Source of the DNA: Octopus vulgaris | Lineage: Eukaryota | Assembly: GCA_951406725.2 (NCBI GenBank) | Contig: OX597821.1 | Span: 41,044,001-41,108,000 of the forward strand | DNA length: 64,000 bases | Reading direction: 5' to 3' | Part shown: positions 24,958 through 38,072 of the stretch, piece after piece | Layout: each line of letters opens with the position of its first letter | Position numbering within the stretch: the stretch's first letter is position 1 | Position numbers and translations under genes: made by a program | The notes under the pieces: model-generated | The model's database searches: none | Seen by the model: the letters and a program-made list of their open reading frames with translations, nothing else | Told to the model about the DNA's origin: nothing

Positions 24958-27123
24958 AAGATACCTGTCTAGACTTTGTAAACACATACATCTATATATA
25001 TATATAATTTCAGTGAAGCAAATTCACTGATCACCAAAAATAGAAATATTAAATTTCTAAATATTTATAAGCAGTAGTGGAATGATAGAACAGTTGCATA
25101 CTGTCAACTTAACATGGCAGTTCCATAAAGGGAATCAGGAAATATCATCATCATCATCATCGTTTAACGTCCGTTCTCCATGCTAGCATGGGTTGGACGG
25201 TTCGACCGGGGATCTGGGAAGCCAGAAGGCTGCACCAGGCTCCAGTCTTATCTGGCAATGTTTCTATATATATATAAACTGCTCTCTCAAACTTGTATTC
25301 CTTTCTTTCTTTTGTGTGTGTGTCTGTCTGTCTATCTATCTGTCTGTCTGTCTATTTATCTATCTATTTATCTATCATCCTTATCAACATCATCATCATC
25401 ATTTAAGTTTCCTTTTCCATGCTTGCATTAGCTAAATTGTTCAACCGGAGCTAGCAAGTCAAAGACTGCACCCAACTCTTCTATCTGTTTTGGTCTGGTT
25501 TCTACAGCTGGATGCCCTTCCTAATGCCAACCACTTAACAGAGTGTACTGGGTGTTTTATATATGGCACCAGTACCAGAGCTTTTCACGTGGCATCAGCA
25601 AGGGTGTATGCTGCTTACTCAACTACAGGACAGGTGAGTGCATGTGTTTAAGAAGTCTACTTTTCACCTGATTGGTTTGCAACTCAATTCCACAGAGTGA
25701 AACCTTGAACAAGTTTCTTCCACAATAACCACAAATCAAATGAAACCTTTGGACTGAAATTTAGTAAATGAAAAGTGTACGGAATCCCATCAAGGGATTA
25801 TCCATTTACTTGAGAGGCTGATGTAATCAATCATCCAATTTAATACTATATTGCTCCTGGCTGTCTTTAATAGACTCCACTCTTTTGCAACCATTTGAAC
25901 CAACCAGGTCTTCTGCCTTAGAGACCCTAAAAAAGGGGGTCATGACACTTCCCATCTTCCTTTGAGAAAGCTAGGATAAAATCATAATACATTGTTTCCT
26001 CATTATTCTTAAAGGGAATTCTGACTTTTTACAATGTTTCTTCTCAATTTTCTTCCATAGATTCTCTGTTGGTTGTCTTTTGCTTCTTATACTGGCTTCT
26101 GAAGGATCAAGAAGCTGTTCGATCCAACAACGGATGACATTCTTTACTCTTTCGAAATTTTTATCTTTCTTTGCCACAGTCCTCTCAAACTATTCAACAT
26201 GGATCTCATCTGGCTGATAGTATCACATCATGGTGAACAAGTTTTATTCATTGAGATTTGGTATTTATTCTTTGGTAAGAATATGTAGACATTGGATGAA
26301 AGATGAAGGAAGATATCATTGGTTTCTTTTGGCCAAATCTGTGTACAAGCCAGCCTAGTGAATAATAAAGTAGATCTGTGCACAGCAAGGAAATCTCTCA
26401 TTATTATATTTCAAATGTTATACAAATCAAAGTTGAGAATTATTTAAGTCAACTAAATGACTTTTAGAAATGAATAAATATTATACTATATCATTTAGTT
26501 AATGAAAATACTCCTACAGTTTAAATTGTTGCAAAATATTCAATGTTATTGTGTATGAAAGGAATATATTGATAGCATTAAAGCAATGAAACCTTTACAG
26601 GTGAAACAGTATGGTGGGTGGAATGAGTGAAAACCAATATTCATGTGTAATAAATAAAACTATTCCAATAAGTCTTGTGACCCTGGCTGCAAATCTATTC
26701 ATTGCTGTGAGAATTCGATGGAAGTTTTGGATATATTCTATCATGTCAATGACCTTATCCATTTTTCTATTGTGGCATGAATGGAAAGGTCTGAAATATA
26801 GAAGATTTTCCATGTATCTTGATCCCAAATCATCCCATCAGTGAGCTTTAACCTATCATGATCCAGTATAACAACAACATCAATTGTAAGGTTTGGCCTA
26901 CCTTGACACCATCTGGGGAAAACACTTGAAGGAAGGGGTAAAGGAATTTGAAGATTTTTCTATTTTGACTTGGGAAGCAAAGAATGATTATTTTTCAAAT
27001 TCAAAGCAATTCCCTTTTGAAATCAATCATTATGGTTTGAATATTTTATTTATTATTAACGTACTTTATATTGTTGCAGTTTATCCATTTGGATTCAATT
27101 ATGAGTGATGAGGATGATGATGG

Positions 27124-27157
<34 letters not shown>

Positions 27158-28963
27158 GGTGGTGGTGGTGGTGGTGGTGGTGGTGGTAGCAAAGGTAGTG
27201 GTGGAGGGGAATGTTGTGTGTGTGTGTACGTGGGGGTGGGTTTGAATTTACTTACAGCATTAATGCCCTTGATATATTACCATTCGTGTGTTGTAGAATT
27301 CTTGTATTCTTACTGCTAGAAATTTGATACTACATGTCAGTAAATCAGAGATGCTGAAGTATGAAGAAGTAAGTTTAATAACAACAGATGGGATACATAA
27401 TTTTATGAAATGATTGTAGTGAGGACAGCGTAGTGTTATTATGCAACATTACCGGAAGCTATAATATGAACAAAATTTAACTACCACACGAAGAGGATAT
27501 CAACATAAAGTTAGTGGTGGCGATGATGATGATGGCGATAGTAATACTGTTGATACTTGCAAGTACATTATTATAAAGAAGCCTAAAATTATGCTACTGT
27601 CTCCTAAACAATAGCATGCAGTGAAATACAGTTGCACATTTTGATATTTCGCTTAGCCAATGATTTAGTATTGATACAATAGATGCATTAGCAGTGCAGG
27701 AGATAAGCTGTAAAGCTGCAACAGAAACAGGTGGAGTACAAGAGGAGAATAACTATAATATTAATACCATAACAAATATAATAGTAGTAGAAGTAGAACA
27801 AGTAAAAGAGGAATCATACTATTAATTTCCTGTTTCTTCTCTTTTGGATGTAATTGTTTCTCTTCATACTATAATGCATTCTTGCAACTAGTTTAGTCTG
27901 GTTGAAAAATCAGAATGGAAGTATACAATAACAAAATGTTTAATTTTGTTGAATAATCCTCGCAGTTACAGAAATATATTGTCTGAAGAATAGAGAAATG
28001 TAAAATATTCATTCTAGTCTATTTACCATTATTCAAGTTGACTGCATTCACTACCGACCTCACTGCTAGACCGAACATGCTGACATCGTTATTATGGTAT
28101 AAATTCAAATTCGAAAGAAAACTCTGAACATAAAAAAAGCCAAAGTTTTGATGCTGGTTTAAGACTAAAGACCACTGTGATTTTCAAATTATAAATCTTC
28201 ATTTTATAACTTTTTAGTATTATAATGGTTAAAGTTTTCTAAAATTACAAATAAAGAAATAACTAAATGTGATTGGCTATATCCATATTTGGTAGGCTAT
28301 TTATACTCGCGATGGTTGGAGGCAAGCATATAAATATACATACATACATACATGCAGACATACATACATACATACATACATACATACATACATACAAATA
28401 GGTAGATAGATAAATAGATAAATAGATTGGTAGATAGATAGATAGGTAGATAGATAGATAGATAGATAAATAGATAGAGAGATAGATAGATATGCATACA
28501 TATAATGCTTATGTATATATATATACATAATACAGACACACATACATACATATATACATAAATATGTGTGTGTGTGTGTATGTGCTTTTATACACACAAA
28601 TGAACATGCACACACGCTCACATGCATATATATATATGTATGGGTATGCATGTGCACATACTTCCACACTTCTCAACCACACTGTGTGTGATTGAGAAGT
28701 TTGCTTCCCAATGGCATGGTTTCAGGTTCAATACCTTTGTATGTCACCTTGGGCATGGGTTTTTTTCTCTAGCTCCTATAGCCTTGGGCTAGCGAAGCCC
28801 TTTTCAGTGGACTTTATAGACAGAAACCAAAAGGAAGCCCTGTACATATCCATAACAACAACAACAAGTAAAGAAACTGACCAGCTTAAACACACCACTG
28901 GCTTACATTCTTTTGTGGACCCCGAGGAAATTCCTTTCAACAAATAGTTGATGGACCCAATTA

Positions 28964-29326
28964 CAGTGATACCTTGCAGTACAAGTTTAATTCATTCCAT
29001 GACCAAGCTCGTTTTATGATTTACTTGTTTCACAAATCAATTTTCCCCATTGAAATTTACTAAAATATAATTAATCTGTTCCAGCCCTGAAAAGCCACTC
29101 AAAAATAATTTTTTATGGGGTTTAAAATAGAAAAGGTGTAGTTACAAGTAAAATGACAATTATAAAACAAGAGAATGCAAAAGAAATATGTAAACTGGTT
29201 TCATTAACTGAATTACCTTAAAGAGGAGATGATTTGTGTGCTTGTACTGCGGATTTCTGCTTGTACTTCAAGACAAAAATTCGCACAAGTCTTGGCTCGT
29301 ACAATGGGGCACTTGCACTGCAAGGT
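28964..29326. mobile_element. Tigger/pogo-like non-autonomous DNA transposon
   Basis: TA|CAGTGATACCTTGCAGTACAAG left end and truncated inverse CTTGCACTGCAAGGT at 29312-29326. The interior resembles recalled MER44/Tigger7-type elements. Confidence 0.6.
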
Positions 29327-29417
29327 TAATAAGTTTTCAAATAATACAGGACTACACATTGAACCTTTGACCATTACAGTTTCAAAGCAAAGGATTAAAT
29401 CCAATAAAACCAAATAT

Positions 29418-29644
29418 ATATTTCTTTACTACCCACAAGGGGCTAAACACAGAGGGGACAAACAAGGACAAACAAACAGATTAAGTCGATTATATTGACC
29501 CCAGTGTGTAACTGGTACTTAATTTATCAACCCCAAAAGGATGAAAGGCAAAGTCAACCTCGGTGGAATTTGAACTCAGAACGTAATGACAGACAAAATA
29601 CGGCTACGCATTTCGCCCGGCGTGCTAATGTTTTTGCCAGCTCA
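29418..29644 (-). mobile_element. Nin/Deu-like SINE
   Basis: Aligns to 8420-8653. Confidence 0.85.
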
Positions 29645-29903
29645 TAACAAGCTACAGACATACCCTGTACCTACTTACCTACCAAAAGGGGCACACCTAA
29701 ATATACATACCTGCTTACAAAGTTCTACATGCATGAATGTGTTCTAAACAATAGCGCAAGCCTAAATTTAATCAATAAAATTTTCTCTAAAGCCCCTCTT
29801 CATCACAACCCACCCTGCAATCTAATTACCATTCCATCCAATCCCACAGACCCAAAGAATACTTAAACTCAGCAGCGGCTATATAAAACCAAGGTTAACT
29901 TCA

Positions 29904-29944
29904 ATGCATCTGATGATGGCTTAAATGGCCGAAACGTTGGAGTC
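29904..29944 (+). ncRNA. Minimal hammerhead motif
   Basis: CUGAUGA-U-GGCU-UAAAU-GGCC-GAAAC-GUU. Intact core, 4-bp stem II, palindromic AACGUU; stem I pairs poorly. Confidence 0.55.
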
Positions 29945-30119
29945 CCTGTCAATGATATTCTTGTTTATATTCTTATTCAAACAAGATGAGGACACATATT
30001 CATCCAATGTAAATAACATAAATAATGTAAAGAATTCCTCATCTCAAAAATATAGAATAGAATAATATTCTTGTTTAAGGGTGTGTGTGTATGCGTGCAT
30101 GTGTGTGTAAACAAAAAAC

Positions 30120-30617
30120 AAATGAAGTAAGAGAAATAGCTCAGAGTGGTCACTGGTATGTGCCCAACATAGACAAATACAGGTATATCAAATACAATAC
30201 AGTATAAATTCTTGATTTATTAAAATAATCTCATCCAGATGATACATCATAATTACCAAACAGCAATTATTAGGAGTTCCATATGAGAAGGAGCGATAAT
30301 CTCAAGAATTCTCCAATGTTGACATGTGACTAAAGAAAAAGAGAGGCATATGTCTAGAGATAAGAGGACAGTCATAGATGCATGTTTCTGCCTCAGTAGG
30401 TGTCATCAGCCCAACAATTGTCTTGTTTCACTTAACTCCAGCAGCCTAGGAACATAGTCATATGCAAAAACGAATAGAATACATTTATGTCCTAAAAATG
30501 TGAACATTTTTATAAATCAAGAATTTATATTGTTTGGTATTTAATATACCTGTATTTTTCTACGTTGTTCAAATACATTCCACTGGCCACTCTGACTTAT
30601 TTCTCTTATCTCATTTT
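30120..30617. mobile_element. Penelope-like pLTR relic: inverted arms of about 105 bp enclosing a degenerate hammerhead (30372-30416, minus)
   Basis: 30120-30227 is an imperfect reverse complement of 30507-30617. The interior minus strand reads GGG-CUGAUGA-C-ACCU-ACUG-AGGC-A-GAAA-CAUGCA. Confidence 0.6.
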
Positions 30618-31322
30618 CATTCAATTAAGCAAATTACCTGGGGTATTGCTATTAAGTTAGACATGGCCTGGACCAATCTTTGGTCAAAACATATCTAAGT
30701 TATCTAAGTTATACCTAACCATTTTACACAGTGTACTGGAAGCACTTTATCATGGCACCCACCCAAGAATGTAGCATTGTTCCCTGCCTGATGAAAGGGT
30801 CTTCTTTTTTCTATGATGTCTCCATCCATTCAAAGAAAATGTGACCAAGAACAGAAGAAAGTGATGACCAAGTGTACGTGAGGAGAGAGTGTATGAGTGT
30901 GAGGGGGTAGAAAGAGGTGACAAAATGATAGAAGGAGTAGCAGATGAGAGACAGTGACAGCTATAATTGTTATTGGTAAGGAGATTGAATAGAAAACTAC
31001 ATAAGTTTCATGATAAGATAGTAATTGAGATGGGTAATTGTGAGGAAGAGCAAGCAATAGAAGAGAGCAATAGGAAATGAGAGTGGGAGATGTTGGTGAA
31101 GAGTCACATTGGAAGAGAAAGGGTGGAAGATAGGAATACTGTGCATTAACAAACCTTTCTGCTCTTCTTCAGTTATTGCACCTTCCTTATACAAACCATC
31201 CTATCACCTTTTCAACTCTGCTTCTCACTAATTTCTTCCTTCCTCCTTATTTCCTGACATACAACTCCAGCCTCCTCTCTTTACCATTCCCTTCTCAACT
31301 TTCCAACTAGAAACATCTCCCA

Positions 31323-31396
<74 letters not shown>

Positions 31397-31737
31397 CGCT
31401 TTCTCTTTTAAGTTGTTTCCTTAGTTAGAGGGGCTACTTGAGGGCCTTAAACTTGTAAGTCAAAACAATCATCACTTGTACTGGTGCTATGAAAAAAGTA
31501 CTTACTACACTCTATAGTGTTTGGAATTATGGCTCTGACCATAGAAGCCATGACAAATCTGACATTGGTGTCCAATGCAGATGTCTGACTCATCCAGATC
31601 TTGTCGTTAATCACAGCCTTATTTCAGTATCTGAGGACAACAACATAGTTAGTCCTAGTTTTATTTATGTTAAACATTTCTGAACATATTTCGTTGTATC
31701 AGACAGCAATCAGTTTGTCTATGGACAACAATTTCCA

Positions 31738-31781
31738 TTTCTTTGCTGATGAAGTTAAGCAATGAAATAGTTCAATAGAAA
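31738..31781 (+). ncRNA. Minimal hammerhead motif
   Basis: UUUCUUUG-CUGAUGA-A-GUU-AAGC-AAU-GAAA-UA-GUU-CAA-U-AGAAA. Stem I of 8 bp with one bulge; weak stems II and III. Confidence 0.45.
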
Positions 31782-31783
31782 GT

Positions 31784-33325
31784 ATCATCATCATCATGTT
31801 CACACATATGACTGTTCACACACATGCTTCATACAGTCTATCTTTGACTCTGAGTGAGAGGCCTTTTGTTACCAGCAGAGGTAGGAGCTCTCTGAACTTT
31901 GGCCAGGCTATTCTTATTCTAGCAGCTACACTCTGAGAGCATCCACACCCACTACTGACTTGGTCACCTAGATAATGGAAGCAATCAACTACTTGTAGTT
32001 TTTCCCCTGGCATGTGATGGAAGCTGTTTTCTTCATATTTTCAGTGTTTATTGCTCCTGAGCATTTACCACACACAAAAACTATCTTCCCAGTTAGCCTT
32101 TCTTTGATATTGCTGCACCTCATATGTATCCATAGCTTACACCAGGTACATCATATGGAGTTTCTACCTACACCTTTTCTACAGATCTAGCAGGGCCATC
32201 TACCTGAAGGGATTTGTGATTTTTCTGCCTACTAAGACTTCGGTTTTGGCTAAATTGACTCTAAGGCCCTTAGCTATTTCCCCTCTGGCTAAGTAAACCT
32301 ATCTCCTAGCTTCCCTTCTGGATATCTGATACAGTTTCCTGCTACCACCATTCTTTCAGTCCTTCCATGCCTGTTTCATTTCCCTAATAGCCCTGTCGAC
32401 TACATTGTTCCTCCACTACATTAACTTAGGTTGAGAGGGGACATTGCACCATCCACAGATCTGGTCAGTAGTCCTCAACAGGTTGTCCTGTAGGAATCTT
32501 CAGTTGCCTTCCACACTTTGTGATGCTATATCCTCCTCTTTTTTGTCAAAAGCTTTGAGTAATACATCTCTAAATCTCTGTCCATTCACAGGATCCTTGA
32601 GCTTCCAGATCCCTCTTTTCCATGCTGTTTGTCTTCTGGGCATCCATTTAGCCCTGGTCTTGAAGTCGCTAACTACTAAACTATGTTGTGAGGTGTATTC
32701 TTCACCTGGGAAGATTTTGGCATTTATAAGTAGCCATCTTTCCCATTTCCTGGCAAGAATGTAGTCAATTTGACTAGTGTGTCCACCAGACTGGTAGGTG
32801 AACAGGTGACTGGCAGGTTTCCTGAAGTTAGTATTAAAAACCGTAATATCATTTGCATCACAGAACTCCAGCAGCCTGGTTCCCTCCTCATTGCAGGAAC
32901 CAAATCCATAGCCACCATGTACACCATGGAATCTCCCTACATGTTGTCCAACATGATCACTGAAGTTGCCAGCCACAAAGTGAAGGTCCTTGTCATTTGT
33001 TGACGAGGTAATGTGCAAGATGGTGTCATAAAATCGGTCTTTTTGTGCATCCGGTAGCCCTGGTTGAGGGGCATAAGCCAAGATAATGGTTGCTAATCCA
33101 TGTTGCAGAACTAATCTAAGCCTAAGTATTTTATCCCAGACTCTAACCATCTCGATTACCTTATCAACCCATTTCTCTGCAAGAAATATACTCATGCCGC
33201 CAACCCCGTCAGTGTTCCCTGCCCAGAAAATCTTATTACCTATGTTCTTTGCCTGTGAGGAACCCAGCAGAACTTCCCTTCCACCTTACTTCTTGGATGC
33301 AACACAAATCTACACGTCTCTGCTC
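31784..33325 (-). pseudogene. RTE-clade LINE ORF2 relic: APE endonuclease, linker, RT C-terminal region with PHD finger; RT core deleted
   Basis: APE motifs DLCCIQEVRW, AYAPQPG, GFGSCNEEG..LLEFC, SQIDYIL, SQHSLVV; then KGLRVNLAKT, a C4HC3 finger and VVDCFHYLG...RIRIAW. Stops and frameshifts present; (GAT)n tail at 31784-31797. Confidence 0.92.
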
Positions 33326-33364
33326 ACCTCTAAATAATCACTGTAGCAAAGTTTTTCCATCAGT

Positions 33365-33575
33365 AAGGGAGTGAGCTGGCAGAATCGTTAGCATGCTGAG
33401 TGAAATGCTCAGCAGCATTTTATCCATCTTTGTATTCTGGTTTCAAATTCTTCTTCAACATTGCATTTCATCCTTTTGCAGTCAATAAAACAAGTACCAG
33501 TTGAACACTGGGGTTAAAACTTTCATTGACTTAACCCCATCCCCCAAAATTGTTGGCCTTGCACTGAAATTTAAA
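33365..33575 (+). mobile_element. Nin/Deu-like SINE, diverged
   Basis: Aligns to 2487-2685. Confidence 0.75.
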
Positions 33576-36115
33576 AACCGATCTTTTCCCCTCAGTACTT
33601 TTTAAAGGTAGCAAACCAACTAGTTTTTGTGATGTTGTAAATCAAAAAAACATTTGTTATTTTGTAGTACCAAATACATTTTTATGGGTACCCCAAAACA
33701 TTCATTTTTACTAGCACTAAGTCATATTCTGAAGTGACTAGATATACTAGAGTTACAAAATTTGTAGGTAAGTCTGTCAGGAGATGATCAATCATGCTAT
33801 CTACTCGTGTTGCTTCTTTTATGATCCACTATAAACAGCTTCAAAGGTGCCTGATAAAAAATATCAATTATTTATAAAAGGTAATACAACTTCCGACCAA
33901 ACATCTAACTATAATGCAGCAGCTCTTCCGAGTGAACTCAACTATATCTGAGCTGATGATGTCTGATACAAACGCGGTGAATTGAAAACATTAAACTGGT
34001 TCACTTAGTGCTTTTGTTTAATCTCAGTGAAATTTGTGATTTCTGAAAAAGGTTATTCTTAGTAGGTTTAAATGATTTCTGGCAACACAAAGGTTTACTC
34101 CTCAGTTATAAGGAATAATGGTCACCTGACAGTTTGGTATGTGTCATTCACTAACACACTTTGACCTTTAGCAGATGGATATGCTGTGTCCACTCTCTGA
34201 CTTTTCTACCACTACTACAACAGCTTCTGCTCATCAAAGCTATCATGTTGTATTGTATCTCTATTCAGGCTCATCTTATCCATTCATATACCCTTCTTCT
34301 CTCACTGCATATATTGTAACCATTCCTCTCAGGTCTTGCACCAATCCCATTTTTTACCGGCCCTTCCTTCCCAGATCATCAATCTTCTGGAATTTCTTCT
34401 CTGCCTATATTTTTTTGGCAATCATCATTTTGCAGTTATGCACATGAATCTTAATCTGTAAAGTTGATGGACATAGATCTTGCCCCACATGAGACTATTA
34501 AATAAAAAATATATACCATAAATCTTGGTTTCTGAAAGTGTATTTCTTTGCACTTTTTCTAGCTGTAAAATCTAGCTGTAAAATCTGCAAATTCCAACTG
34601 TTCCAAATTGAAGATGTTTTCTAATATTTATCTATTCTTGGATCAGTCATTTGTTTTAGTAGTATATTTTTATTCTTAAATTTGTTGTTTGTTTGTTTGT
34701 TTGAATATGCAACCACTCTTGATAATTGACACCATTTTGTATTGATCCAATTTGAAAAGGTTACCTGTCTAGGTAGCATATTCCATCACTTCTTCGATAC
34801 TTTGAATAAATGGCCTCTCGTTGATGACTCACAGAATTCAAAGAATTCCTCTTTGAAGTTCCCTTTTCCTGTCATTTCCCCATAGACATACGTATCTCAC
34901 CTCTTTGTCTGTGAAGCATTGAAGGTAAATAAGTCAAGCACATTGAGTGGAGCTGCAAATGAGCAATCATTTAAGGTCACAATCAACTCAGCATCTTTCC
35001 TTTGTATATCTTCCAAAAGAATCTGTTCCACGTCGAAACGTTATCCCCAAATGGAATTGCCATGTTTCAATTGTAATCTTGATAGTCTTGATGTATTCAC
35101 ACACATACACCCACACAATACATTATTGTCTGTGTATGTGTGTGTGTATGTGTGTGTGCGTGTGTATCTGTGTGTGTGTGTGTGCGTGTGTGTGTGTGTG
35201 TGCATGTGTGTGTGTGTGTGTGTGTGCATGTGTGTGTGTATGTGTGTGCATATATAATGTGACAGAAAATATTATGTCAAATAAAGTAGAACATTTTATT
35301 TCTGTCTGGTGAAAATTGACAGTGTATTTTTTTATTCCCTCTGTGTGTAGGTCAAATATTTCAGAAGAACCAAGTTACTGTTTTACTGGCCATGTTAAGG
35401 TACCATAATTAAGATAAGACATCTATGAATTTTTCATTAGCCTTGGCAGTTTAAGTCAAGTAAACTTGCCTCAATGAAAAATTAAAACCCAGCTACGTTT
35501 CCAGTGCAGGCTGAATTTATCTCTTGCGGTATGCCATTTGCTGCTGTAGAAGCCAGTCTTAACAACATGGAGGAATAATAACAAACAACAAATCATTATT
35601 ATTATTAATTACTAAAAAGTCAGAAAGAAATCAATAATTACATTTCATCTAGAGAAATCAATAATCAAGTATTATTTAGAAGCAACATGTTAAGTGTGAA
35701 AAATAATGTGATAAGTAATTATTGTTCAATTATTAAGAAAACTGATAGTGATGAAAATGATAACATTCACCTACATTCGCTAAAATATTTTATTTTCTTT
35801 TTGCATTATGCTGAAAGGCATTTCATATTTTTGAAGAAAGATAAATGAGAAGTTGTAGCTTTGATGAATTATTCATGGAATTCAAGAGAATTTCTGGCAT
35901 CGATGCAGTGACTTTTGCCACGCTAATTTTTGGTTTGAGGCAAAAGGTTCGAAGGCTGGGTTACATTGCAAGCAATTATGTCCTGGTTTTAAGTTTATAG
36001 TAGACAGAACTTCACAATCTTCAGTTTTACATGGTTACACCTGCATCAAGTTATGAGTCATTCTACCCTATGGATCCTGTTTGCAGTTAAGCAGACTGGG
36101 CAGGAAGAGATTTAA

Positions 36116-36547
36116 TGTGTAGCAAGGCACAAGAAGCCAGCACCATTTTGAACGAGATCTTGCCAGTAGCCTTACCAAGTCTGAGACAAGAACGAGATCT
36201 TGCCTGTAACCATTGCCATGTGTAAGACAACAACAAGGCTCTCAACGGCAACCAGTATTTAAGCAGGAGAATAAGACATTCTCTCTCTCATTCCTTCTTG
36301 CACTTATGCTGAGAAACACTGTGAAGTCAGCAGCTCACAGCAGACTCTTGTACCACTCTGACTCCACATGCTTATCTCCAGAGGTAATGACCCTCATGTG
36401 TATGGAGTTAAGACAAACCACGCACTGCCATAAAGATGGTCTCTAAGTGTGAACCACATGAATGAGAACTCTGTAAAATAAATGTCTATTGAATTGTACT
36501 CCTTTTGTGAACTTCTTCTTCAAGTTCCAGATCCTTGAAACTACACA
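36116..36547 (+). mobile_element. Possible solo LTR
   Basis: TGTGTAG...CTACACA inverted termini, TATTTAA near 36257, AATAAA near 36477 and an internal direct repeat GAACGAGATCTTGCC. No clear TSD. Confidence 0.4.
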
Positions 36548-37257
36548 AATAATTATAATGGGAGAAGGAGATACTCCACAGGTATCACAAACCTTCCATT
36601 CCATTATTATAAGTGTATTAGCTACGTACATGAAGTTGCAGAAGTAACTTGACAGAAACTATGAAACCCTGAACTAGATTTTCCGGTTGAATTTTGTTTC
36701 ACAGAAACTTATGGCTTTCAGAAGTAAAGGGACTCACTTGAGTGGGAAATAAAAAGTGTATGATGGACTCAACCCTGCAGGGGGTGTACAGGTTGATTTC
36801 ATTTCTTTTGACTATATTTTAAAGGAAGGAAAAAAAAAACAGGAAGTTGTAGAATTCATTTCCTTATAAGAACATTAGTTGTATTAAGAATCAAAACTGT
36901 TCCTGTGATTGAACTTATTCCTTGCCCTGTGTGTTTGACTATTAAATATTGGTTTCTTTAGATTATGGTGAGGGAAAGAGATACATGCCAAGTTGTGATA
37001 TTCCTATCTTTGATAAAGGCAATAGAGTAAGTTCTGCAATGAACCAAATTCTTTGACCTTATCAGTTATCTCAGTTATTTTACCAAGAAACATGACAACT
37101 TCCATTTTAACATATTTCAGTCTTTTATGAAACATCTTTATTTTAAAATGTGTTGTCCCCTCATCAACTATTACACAAACACCTTTTCAATAATGTACAA
37201 TAATGATATATGATGGTGTGTGGTAGATCAATCTAATTCTTTGTATTTCATCAGCCC

Positions 37258-37492
37258 TTAACCCTTTTGTTACCAACCCGGCTGAGACCGGCTCTGGCTC
37301 TATAGTACAAATGTCTTGTTTTCATAAATTTTGAATTAAAATCTTCCACCAAACCTTAGTCACAATTTATGTTCCTAACACTAGCTGAATGATAGATAAG
37401 TTATTTTACTAAATTCTTTGTCTTTGTTATATTTAAAATAATTGAAAGAAACACGGAGCATCTCAAAATAAATACAGTTACGAAAGGGTTAA
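37258..37492. mobile_element. piggyBac-type MITE
   Basis: TTAA|CCCTTTTGTTAC ... GTTACGAAAGGG|TTAA termini. Confidence 0.85.
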
Positions 37493-37990
37493 AATATGAA
37501 AAACAGAATCAGCTTCAACAGAATTTGAAATGATGCCGATTAGTTAAAGAACCAAAATAAATACATTAAAACATGGCTGTGGTTGAAGAATATTGGGTCT
37601 TGTCTCCTTGCTCTGCACAGAGCTTTGTGCTTTCTTTTTACAGCTTTTGAGAGTTTAAAACTTCACTTTTAAATCATTTTCTAAGTTGGCAACACATATA
37701 TTTTAAGTTAAAATATTACAAGCCCTATTTCATTTAACTCATAATGTTGATGAAATTCATTTTAACAACAAAATTACTACTCATTTGTGTATTCCTGTTT
37801 ATTCTTAAGATGGCAGGGTGTGATTTGAAGGAATTTTCTATTTAGAGCAGGTTAGGTAATTAGGTACATGCTTCCTCATTGGTTCATGGCCATAATGAGA
37901 ACATGAACACCGGAATGTACAGGGACAGAATTGAATTTCTGTGACATATTTGCTTCCTCCCTCTTTCACTTTTGTACCTCTTTATATCTA

Positions 37991-38072
<82 letters not shown>

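Noticed and set aside
26595-27108. Short ORFs with a hydrophobic stretch after a possible splice acceptor
   Set aside because: Stops in all frames and no recognisable protein family.
32500-33195. 231-aa ORF as a host gene (CFDP2-like)
   Set aside because: It is the RTE endonuclease remnant, flanked by stops and frameshifts and with altered catalytic motifs.
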